From positions 1-53,144 of the forward strand of contig DAONDZ010000006.1 in NCBI GenBank assembly GCA_035402825.1: 53,144 nucleotides of DNA, read 5' to 3'. Under the pieces are notes generated by a model, which searched no databases, was not told where the DNA came from, and was given only the letters and a program-made list of their open reading frames with translations. The stretch comes from a bacterium. GTDB taxonomy: Bacteria > Patescibacteriota > Patescibacteriia > Patescibacteriales > UBA12465. Positions 16,330 through 23,325 of the stretch are shown here, piece by piece (positions within the stretch are counted from its first letter, which is position 1; each line of letters starts with the position of its first letter). The translations under genes were made by a program, and so were the position numbers.

Positions 16330-16701
16330 CTGATCGTTTTTCATCTTGATGGAGCAGGTGTTAAAAACTTTATCATCCGGCATAATAGGGATTTTGGTGA
16401 GTTTGGTAATCACCCCCAGACGCTGTTGGTATAATTTGCGGACCACCGCCTGATCGTCGGAGTCAAATATGACATATAATTCCTGCTCTCTTTTGCTGAG
16501 CAGAAAGATCAGGTTGGGAAACTTGGGGGCCAGCTTTTCCTGAGCGTTTCTGGCATAAGCGCTGTGGACAAACTCAATTCGTCCTCTTCTGGCGTCAGAT
16601 TTGATGGTCGGCGGCATACCTTTGATGCCATTGCCCATTAAGCGAATCTGTTGGAGGATTTCTCCAAAGTTCTTGTTCCGGTTCGTTTCTCCTTGATTCA
16701 T
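16267..16701 (-). CDS. hypothetical protein (orphan, no recognisable motif)
   Basis: 144-aa ORF, the only minus-strand gene in this stretch. Its last 63 nt overlap the 3' end of the convergent NOX-like gene. Confidence 0.45.
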   Translation of the reverse strand: MNQGETNRNKNFGEILQQIRLMGNGIKGMPPTIKSDARRGRIEFVHSAYARNAQEKLAPKFPNLIFLLSKREQELYVIFDSDDQAVVRKLYQQRLGVITKLTKIPIMPDDKVFNTCSIKMKNDQLPRKLLLVNIFLSHPQSQKS

Positions 16702-16801
16702 GACTAATTAGTTTTAAATGTATGGGTTTGGGTTATAATATTTATTACTATTTGTCAATGGCATAAAGTAACTAAAATTATTTTTCTATTTATGCAAATT
16801 G

Positions 16802-16810
16802 TGTTATAAT
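16802..16810 (+). promoter_or_regulatory. extended -10 promoter candidate for the pilus operon
   Basis: TGTTATAAT, 30 nt upstream of the ATG at 16841. Confidence 0.45.
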
Positions 16811-16840
16811 GATTTTAGCTAATATTATCTTTATATACCT

Positions 16841-17212
16841 ATGGCCGAGACGTTAAAAAAAATATTAATCGCTGAGGACGAGGCTTCTATCGCTCGGGCG
16901 TTGGAGTTAAAATTGACCAAGTTGGGCTACGAGGTGGCTCTGGCCAATAACGGGGAAGTGGCTCTGCGGCTCTTAAAACAACAAAGTTTTAATCTCTTGC
17001 TTCTGGACCTAATCATGCCGGTTTTAGACGGTTTTGGGGTATTGGAGGCTATGAAAGCCGAAAAAATTAAAGTGCCGGTATTAGTCTGTTCCAATTTAGG
17101 CCAAGACGAAGACATCAAAAAGGCGAAAGCCTTAGGCGCTTCAGACTATATTGTGAAATCAGATACCCCGATTAGCCAGATCGTTCAACGGATTGAAAAA
17201 ATTATTAAATAA
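16841..17212 (+). CDS. single-domain (CheY-like) response regulator receiver
   Basis: 123 aa. IAEDE acidic pocket, LLLLDLIMPVLDG phospho-Asp, conserved Lys in YIVKSD. No output domain. Immediately upstream of pilB. Confidence 0.9.
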   Translation: MAETLKKILIAEDEASIARALELKLTKLGYEVALANNGEVALRLLKQQSFNLLLLDLIMPVLDGFGVLEAMKAEKIKVPVLVCSNLGQDEDIKKAKALGASDYIVKSDTPISQIVQRIEKIIK

Positions 17213-17233
17213 TTAAAATTTAAAATAACTCCC

Positions 17234-18907
17234 ATGCTTTTAGATAATAATCTCATCAAGAAGATTCTTTTGGAAGAGAGCTATGTTTCAGCTAGCGATA
17301 TGGCTCAAGCTGATGACTATGTTAAAAAGAATGGTTTGGATTTAATTGATTATTTATTAAGCGAAGAAATATTAAGCAATGATTTGCTGGGTCAGGCTTT
17401 AGCCGAATACTACAACCTGCCTTATGCTGATTTGAACTCTAACCCAGTTAGCCCGGAACAAGTCAAAAAAATTCCGGAAAAATTCGGTCGGGAATTACGG
17501 GCGGTTTTTTTCGGAGAAAACGGCAAGCAAGTTTTTGTTACTACCGATACACCGCAAAATCCTGAATTAAAAAAAATCATCACACCTTTGTTTCCCGGCA
17601 AGAAGGTGAGCTTTTTGTATTCTTTAAGTGAAGACATTGATACTAGCTTAAATCATTATCGCCAAGCTTTAAATACCCGCTTCGCCGGCATCATCAAGGA
17701 AGGAGAGAGAGTGGCGCCGGAAATTATTGATGAGATTTTGGCTGATGCCATAAACTACCGGGCTTCGGATATTCATTTTGAGCCGGATGTCAAAGAAGTC
17801 TTGGTGCGTTTCAGAATCGACGGTGTCTTGCAAGAAGCCGGACGAATTCCGCAGGAGTTTTTTGATAATATTTTAAATCGGATTAAAGTGCAAAGCCGTT
17901 TGCGCACTGATGAGCACTATGGCGCCCAGGACGGTTCTATTCGTTACCTTAAGGGCAATTCGGTAGTGGATTTAAGAGTTTCCATTATTCCGACAGTTAC
18001 CGGAGAAAAAATTGTTATCCGTCTACTAGCTCAATATATTCGGGGTTTTAACTTAGGAGATTTGGGATTGAGCGAACCGGATCAAGCTATATTATCTAAA
18101 ACTTCCGATCTGCCCTTTGGCATGATCCTGGTGGTCGGTCCGACTGGATCCGGAAAGACGACTACTCTTTATGCGCTTTTGAAAAAATTAAATCGGCCGG
18201 AAGTTAATATCACCACTATTGAGGATCCGGTGGAATACAAAGTCAAAGGGATTAATCAGATCCAGGTTAATTTGCAGACTAATTTGACTTTTGCCAAAGG
18301 ACTAAAATCCATTGTCCGCCAGGATCCGGATATTATTTTAGTGGGAGAAATTAGAGATAACGAAACGGCGGAAATTGGCGTTAATGCCGCTTTAACCGGT
18401 CATTTGTTATTATCCACTTTCCATGCCAATGATGCCGCTACTGCCGTTCCGCGCCTCTTGGATATGGGTATTGAGCCGTTTTTATTGGCCTCCACCTTGG
18501 AATTGATTGTTGCCCAAAGATTGGTGCGCAAGGTTTGCGAATCTTGTCGGGTTAGTCATCAAGTGGCCAATAAAGATTTATTGAATCGTTATTCATTTTT
18601 AAAACCTTATCTTTCCGGTGCTGCCACCACTCTTTATTCCGGCAAGGGTTGTCCGGTTTGTAATTATAGCGGCTACAAAGATCGCGTGGCTATTTTTGAA
18701 ATGATTAAGGTTACTCCGGAGATTGAAGATTTAATTTTGCATCGGCCGGCCTCTAAAGAAGTTTGGCAATTAGCCCGGGCTCAAGGTTCTCATTCTTTAT
18801 TTGAAGACGGTTGGGACAAAATCCGAAATGGTATTACCACTATTGATGAGGTTCTGCGGGTAGCGGAAGCACCACAGGATGATAAAAAGATTTATGGCAA
18901 GAAATAA
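17234..18907 (+). CDS. pilB: type IV pilus assembly ATPase (GspE/PilB family)
   Basis: 557 aa. N-terminal T2SSE_N-like domain, Walker A VGPTGSGKTT, Asp box, Walker B IILVGEIRD, His box, tetracysteine CESC...CPVC. Confidence 0.92.
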   Translation: MLLDNNLIKKILLEESYVSASDMAQADDYVKKNGLDLIDYLLSEEILSNDLLGQALAEYYNLPYADLNSNPVSPEQVKKIPEKFGRELRAVFFGENGKQVFVTTDTPQNPELKKIITPLFPGKKVSFLYSLSEDIDTSLNHYRQALNTRFAGIIKEGERVAPEIIDEILADAINYRASDIHFEPDVKEVLVRFRIDGVLQEAGRIPQEFFDNILNRIKVQSRLRTDEHYGAQDGSIRYLKGNSVVDLRVSIIPTVTGEKIVIRLLAQYIRGFNLGDLGLSEPDQAILSKTSDLPFGMILVVGPTGSGKTTTLYALLKKLNRPEVNITTIEDPVEYKVKGINQIQVNLQTNLTFAKGLKSIVRQDPDIILVGEIRDNETAEIGVNAALTGHLLLSTFHANDAATAVPRLLDMGIEPFLLASTLELIVAQRLVRKVCESCRVSHQVANKDLLNRYSFLKPYLSGAATTLYSGKGCPVCNYSGYKDRVAIFEMIKVTPEIEDLILHRPASKEVWQLARAQGSHSLFEDGWDKIRNGITTIDEVLRVAEAPQDDKKIYGKK

Positions 18908-19988
18908 ACATCGGTTGGCCTTCTTTTTGTTGCGTCATGGCTGGGCCAAAGAATCCAAGGAAAATTTTTTAGAGAATCTGGCGATGCTTTTATCGGCCGG
19001 CTTGGATATTTATGGCGCCTTAGACGCTGTTCAGGCGGAAAATCGATCGCGTTTGTTTAGGCGGTTGGTTAATTTTTTAATTTCCGAAATTGAAAATGGC
19101 TCCACCTTGTGGCAGGCCTTAGAAAAGACCGGTACTTTTCCGCGCCAAGCCGTGTCTTTGATTAGAAACGGTGAAAAGTCTGGCAATCTCCCGGATAATT
19201 TAAAGGTGCTAGTGGCGCAAAGGCAGAAAGAGCAGGGATTCTACGGCAAAATTCGCTCGGCCATGATTTATCCGCTTTTTGTTTTGAGCTTAGCAGTGGT
19301 GGTGGGGCTGGGAACCTCTTGGTTTGTCTTGCCACGCCTAGCGCAGGTGTTTAGTTCGTTAGATGTCAAATTGCCGGCAATCACTCAATGGCTGATTGAT
19401 TTCGGTTATTTTATGGCGCACTATGGCTATATTTTTGTGCCGGCGGTTTTAGCCTTTTTAATTATTTTCTTTTTCTTCTTATTTTTCTTTAAGTATTCCA
19501 AATTCTTGGGACAATTTTTTCTGTTGCGTTTGCCGGGCATCAAAAAACTAATCAAGCAGGCCGAGGTGGCTCGCGGCACTTATATTTTAGGCACTTTATT
19601 AAATTCCGGTTTGCCGATAGTGGAAGCGATGGATTCCTTGATCCAATCTAGTGACATTAGGGCTTATCGCCGCTTCTATGAAAAATTGAAAGTTGGATTA
19701 GAGGAAGGCAATTCTTTCCGCAAGATATTTTCTCAAAATCGTACCTTTAGCCGTTTCTGGTCGCCGGCTATAGAGCAATTAATTTTGGCAGCGGAAACTT
19801 CCGGCAACTTGCCCAATGTTCTCCTGAAAATCAGTTCCAGTTTTGAAGAAAAAGTATCCGGCACCAGCAAGAATTTGGCGGTTTTAATTGAACCGATTTT
19901 ATTAATTATAGTTTGGTTGGCTGTCTTGGCAGTGGCAGTGGCGATTTTCTTGCCAATTTATAGTCTGGTCGGATCATTCAATCACTAA
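18879..19988 (+). CDS. pilC: type IV pilus platform protein (GspF/PilC family)
   Basis: 369 aa. Two T2SSF-type repeats and 3 TM helices. Overlaps pilB. The alternative ATG at 18894 (MARNKHR) is equally plausible. Confidence 0.9.
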   Translation: MIKRFMARNKHRLAFFLLRHGWAKESKENFLENLAMLLSAGLDIYGALDAVQAENRSRLFRRLVNFLISEIENGSTLWQALEKTGTFPRQAVSLIRNGEKSGNLPDNLKVLVAQRQKEQGFYGKIRSAMIYPLFVLSLAVVVGLGTSWFVLPRLAQVFSSLDVKLPAITQWLIDFGYFMAHYGYIFVPAVLAFLIIFFFFLFFFKYSKFLGQFFLLRLPGIKKLIKQAEVARGTYILGTLLNSGLPIVEAMDSLIQSSDIRAYRRFYEKLKVGLEEGNSFRKIFSQNRTFSRFWSPAIEQLILAAETSGNLPNVLLKISSSFEEKVSGTSKNLAVLIEPILLIIVWLAVLAVAVAIFLPIYSLVGSFNH

Positions 19989-19989
19989 T

Positions 19990-20448
19990 ATGATTCAGGT
20001 TGGAAAACAATGCATAACCAGAAAAGGCTTCACTTTAGTAGAAGCCTTGTTAGTTTTAGCTTTGTTGGCCATAGTGGTGGCTATATCCATGCCGCTTTAT
20101 CAAAACTTGCAAGTCCGGACCGATTTAAATAATCAGGCTAATATCACCGCGCAAACTTTGCGCCGCGCCCAAGCCTTAGCTCGAGCCGGGAACAACGATT
20201 CGGCCTGGGGAGTGCTGATAGCCAGCTCCAGCATTAATCTTTTTTCTGGTAACAGTTATGCCGCTCGCGATATAAATTATGACGAAGTTTTTAGTTTGCC
20301 AAACAGTATCTCTCCAGCCACCAGTACTGAGCTAGTTTTTTCTAAATACTGGGGACTGCCTAATGCTACCGCCACCGTTACTTTTTACTCGGTTAACAAT
20401 GAAAGCCGAATATTAGGAGTAAATAGTCAAGGAACTATTAATTATTAA
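19990..20448 (+). CDS. minor pilin / pseudopilin (GspH/FimT-like)
   Basis: 152 aa. Prepilin signal ...RKG/FTLVEALLVLALLAIV with Glu at +5. Confidence 0.8.
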   Translation: MIQVGKQCITRKGFTLVEALLVLALLAIVVAISMPLYQNLQVRTDLNNQANITAQTLRRAQALARAGNNDSAWGVLIASSSINLFSGNSYAARDINYDEVFSLPNSISPATSTELVFSKYWGLPNATATVTFYSVNNESRILGVNSQGTINY

Positions 20449-20449
20449 T

Positions 20450-21835
20450 ATGCCAGAGAATAGAAAAACAACCGGATTTACTTTAGTGGAGGCGATATTA
20501 GCCGGCGCTTTGTTTTTGATGATTTCTCTTTCTTTGGTTTCTGCTGTTCTCTATGGCCAAGAAGGCGCGGCTTTGGCCGGCAAAAGAGCCCGAGCTCTTT
20601 ATTTAGCCGAAGAGGGAATAGAAGCAGTGCGTAATATTCAAGAGCAGGCCTTTGCCAACCTCACTCCCGGCACTTATGGTTTAAGCACTACTGCTAATAG
20701 CTGGGTGCTCGCTGGAGCTAGCGATACGATAGATATTTTTAATCGGCAAATAACCATTGCTAATATTGATGCGCAGAAGAAAACGGTAAATGTAGTTATT
20801 AATTGGGCGCAAAATTTGCAAAGAGCCGGCACAATTTCTCTCTCTACCACTTTAACTAATTGGCGCGCTTTAACTATTGGCAATTGGGCTAATCCTAATA
20901 CTTTAGCTGCTAGCATTGACTTGCCGGGTAATACCGACGGCTGGCGAGTAGATGTGGTAGGCAATTATGCTTATGTGGCCAGGGCTGCCAATCCGTCTAA
21001 TTTTCATATTATTGATATTACTAATCCGGCTAGTCCGGTACTATTGAGCACTACTAATATCGCCGGCAACCCTCAGGATGTTACAGTGGCGGGTAATTAT
21101 GCTTATATCGCTACTACCAATAATACCGGGGAATTAGCGGTTTATAATATCACCAATCCGGCCGCGCCTACTTTGGCCGGCAGTTATAACGCCGCTGGCA
21201 ATGAAGATGGCTTGGCTGTCTCTGTGGTCGGAAACATGGCTTATCTGGGACGAGTCTCAGGGACTGATCCGGAGTTTTATGCTTTAAATATTACCAATCC
21301 CGCTGCCATTGCATCTTTAGGCAGTTTACAGCTTAGCAATAATATTAATGAAATAGCTATTTCCGGAAACCATGCTTTTATCGCCTCAGCAAATACAGCT
21401 CAAGAACTACAGGTCGTAGATATTACTAATCCGGCGGCCATGAGTCAGTTGGCCTCATATAACGCCGCTGGCAACGGAGCAGGCAACGATGTGATAATCG
21501 CCGGCAATCTATTGGCCCTAGCTTTAAGTACTAACAGTGTCGCGCTCCTTAATATTACCACTCCGACCGCCCCAGCGCTTTATTCTAGTGTCGCTATTGG
21601 TGGTATAGCTAACGGAATCAGCTTTGGCAACAACGACACTTATTTATTTGTGGCGAGCGCTAATGCGACGGCGGAATTACAAGTTTTTGATGTTACTAAT
21701 CCGGCGGTGACTACCTTGGTCGGTAATTATAATGCCGCTGCCAGCGCTAATGATGTTTTCTATGATTCAATTAGCGACAGAGCTTATTTGACCGATACCA
21801 ATAATGCTACCGAATTTCTCGTAGTGGCGCCTTAA
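20450..21835 (+). CDS. pilin-like protein fused to a C-terminal LVIVD-repeat beta-propeller
   Basis: 461 aa. Prepilin signal ...KTTG/FTLVEAILAG. From about residue 150, roughly seven units of the form G-N-Y-A-Y-[VI]-A-x(5-7)-[hydrophobic]-x-[IV]-x-[DN]-I-T-N-P-A-x-P (LVIVD repeat pattern). Confidence 0.8.
   Translation: MPENRKTTGFTLVEAILAGALFLMISLSLVSAVLYGQEGAALAGKRARALYLAEEGIEAVRNIQEQAFANLTPGTYGLSTTANSWVLAGASDTIDIFNRQITIANIDAQKKTVNVVINWAQNLQRAGTISLSTTLTNWRALTIGNWANPNTLAASIDLPGNTDGWRVDVVGNYAYVARAANPSNFHIIDITNPASPVLLSTTNIAGNPQDVTVAGNYAYIATTNNTGELAVYNITNPAAPTLAGSYNAAGNEDGLAVSVVGNMAYLGRVSGTDPEFYALNITNPAAIASLGSLQLSNNINEIAISGNHAFIASANTAQELQVVDITNPAAMSQLASYNAAGNGAGNDVIIAGNLLALALSTNSVALLNITTPTAPALYSSVAIGGIANGISFGNNDTYLFVASANATAELQVFDVTNPAVTTLVGNYNAAASANDVFYDSISDRAYLTDTNNATEFLVVAP
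20897..21835 (+). repeat. intragenic degenerate repeats (about 7 x about 43 aa) encoding LVIVD-type blades
   Basis: Recurrent DNA cores: attactaatccggc (3 copies) and variants caccaatccggcc and taccaatcccgct. The protein repeats ITNPA[AS]P. Confidence 0.7.
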
Positions 21836-21838
21836 TTT

Positions 21839-22348
21839 ATGAAAAATATTAGAAAAAAATCAGGTTTTACGCTCATTGAACTACTTTTGTATTCGGCTTT
21901 GTCGGGCGTTATAATTTTAGCCGTGTCATCTTTTGTTTTTATTATCTGGCAGGCGCAGGCTAAGAGCCAGAGTATTAGCGAAGTGGAACAGCAGGGTATT
22001 CAGATTATGGATAATATTTTGCGGCAAGTGAGAAATGCTAATGCTATAAACTCGCCGACGCTAACTAACACTGCCGCAGTTTTGAGTTTGGCCACTTCCA
22101 CTCCAGCCGCTAATCCGATAGTGATAGACCAAAGTGGTAATTATTTACGCCAAACTTTGGGAGCTAATCCAGCGGTTTTATTAAACAATGATCGGGTGGT
22201 GGTTTCCAATTTATCTTTTTCTAATTATGGCCGAACCGGTACTAACGGCTCCATTCGAGTTAAATTTACCCTGACTCATATTAATCCGGGAGGCAAAAAT
22301 GAATATAATTATAGCCAAACATTCTATGGCACAGCCAGCGGCCGCTAA
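21839..22348 (+). CDS. minor pilin / pseudopilin
   Basis: 169 aa. Prepilin signal ...KKSG/FTLIELLLYS. Confidence 0.8.
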   Translation: MKNIRKKSGFTLIELLLYSALSGVIILAVSSFVFIIWQAQAKSQSISEVEQQGIQIMDNILRQVRNANAINSPTLTNTAAVLSLATSTPAANPIVIDQSGNYLRQTLGANPAVLLNNDRVVVSNLSFSNYGRTGTNGSIRVKFTLTHINPGGKNEYNYSQTFYGTASGR

Positions 22349-22730
22349 GCCGGCCTACATCTTATTATTGAGCGTTATTATTTTAGGAGCGGTCAGTCTG
22401 GCTGTCGCTCTAACCTTGCTATTGCTTAGCATTTCCACTGGTCGCTCCAGTTCTAGCTTGGAACAGGGGACTAAAGCCCGTTATCTAGCTAACGCTTGTG
22501 CTGAAGAAGGCTTGCAGCAGATTAGGGTTTTAAAAACTTATACCGGTACCACCAATTTAGTCTATGCTGATGGCACTTGTTTCTATACAGTTATCAATAC
22601 CGGCGGTAATACCCGCCAAATTCAAGCTGCGGGAACGGTTAATAATCATATTCAGAGGATGATAATAAATTTAAACGGCCTGACTCCGGTTTTGACCGTG
22701 GTTAGTTGGCAAGAAGTAGCCAGTTTTTAA
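22326..22730 (+). CDS. PilX-like minor pilin (non-canonical N-terminus)
   Basis: Hydrophobic N-terminus MAQPAAAKPAYILLLSVIILGAVSLAVAL without a G/FTLxE site, in pilin operon context. The ORF track starts at 22299. Either start overlaps the upstream gene. Confidence 0.5.
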   Translation: MAQPAAAKPAYILLLSVIILGAVSLAVALTLLLLSISTGRSSSSLEQGTKARYLANACAEEGLQQIRVLKTYTGTTNLVYADGTCFYTVINTGGNTRQIQAAGTVNNHIQRMIINLNGLTPVLTVVSWQEVASF

Positions 22731-22736
22731 GGGGTA

Positions 22737-22745
22737 TGTTATAAT
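22737..22745 (+). promoter_or_regulatory. extended -10 promoter candidate dedicated to the major pilin
   Basis: TGTTATAAT in the 94-nt gap before the pilin gene. The leader would be about 70 nt. Confidence 0.5.
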
Positions 22746-22824
22746 TATTATAGAATTTATATATTAAAAAAAGATTTGGTGGTCAAAGCAACATTCGTTA
22801 TTTTGCCTCTCAAATTCTACATTT

Positions 22825-23265
22825 ATGAATCGCAAGAACAAAAAAGGTTTTACCCTTTTAGAGGTTTTGCTGGTGGTGGCTATCATTGCCATTCTCGCCG
22901 GTATCGTTATTTTAGCTTTGAATCCGTCCAAGCAATTGGCTGATTCACGCAATGCCCAGCGCCGTGCTGACGTGAACACTATTTTAAATGCTGTGTACCA
23001 GTATGCTATTGATAGCAACGGTACTATCCCGGCTGCCATCACTACCAGCAGCACCGAGATTTGCAAAACCAGCAGCACCTGCACCGGCTTGATTGATTTA
23101 TCAGTCTTGACCGCCAGCGAAAAGTTTTTGACTTCAATTCCGACCGATCCCACTGGAGCTACTACCAATGGTACTGGTTATCGGATCAGCAAATCAGCTA
23201 ATGGCCGGGTAACCATTACCGCCCCTAGCGCCGAAGACAGCGCCACGATTTCTGTCACTAGATAG
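22825..23265 (+). CDS. major type IV pilin candidate (PilA-like)
   Basis: 146 aa. Short leader MNRKNKKG/FTLLEVLLVVAIIAILAGIV, C-terminal Cys pair (EICKTSSTC). Has its own extended -10 promoter and a strong downstream hairpin. Confidence 0.85.
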   Translation: MNRKNKKGFTLLEVLLVVAIIAILAGIVILALNPSKQLADSRNAQRRADVNTILNAVYQYAIDSNGTIPAAITTSSTEICKTSSTCTGLIDLSVLTASEKFLTSIPTDPTGATTNGTGYRISKSANGRVTITAPSAEDSATISVTR

Positions 23266-23279
23266 TTTGAAGATAAATT

Positions 23280-23305
23280 AAGGACCATAATTTTTTATGG
23301 TCCTT
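23280..23305 (+). terminator. strong hairpin after the major pilin gene (terminator or attenuator)
   Basis: aaggaccataa / tttt / ttatggtcctt (11-bp stem). The trailing T tract is short. Confidence 0.55.
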
Positions 23306-23315
23306 GGTATATAAT
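23305..23315 (+). promoter_or_regulatory. extended -10 promoter candidate for the kinase/receiver pair
   Basis: TGGTATATAAT, 10 nt before the ATG at 23326. Confidence 0.4.
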
Positions 23316-23325
23316 TAAGCTCGCT

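Noticed and set aside
22299-22348. A possible programmed frameshift or fusion between the minor pilin (21839-22348) and the PilX-like ORF, which overlap by 23-50 nt.
   Set aside because: There is no slippery heptamer or downstream structure. Short overlaps are the norm in this operon (pilB/pilC, uvrA/uvrC). Ordinary overlapping genes is the simplest reading.
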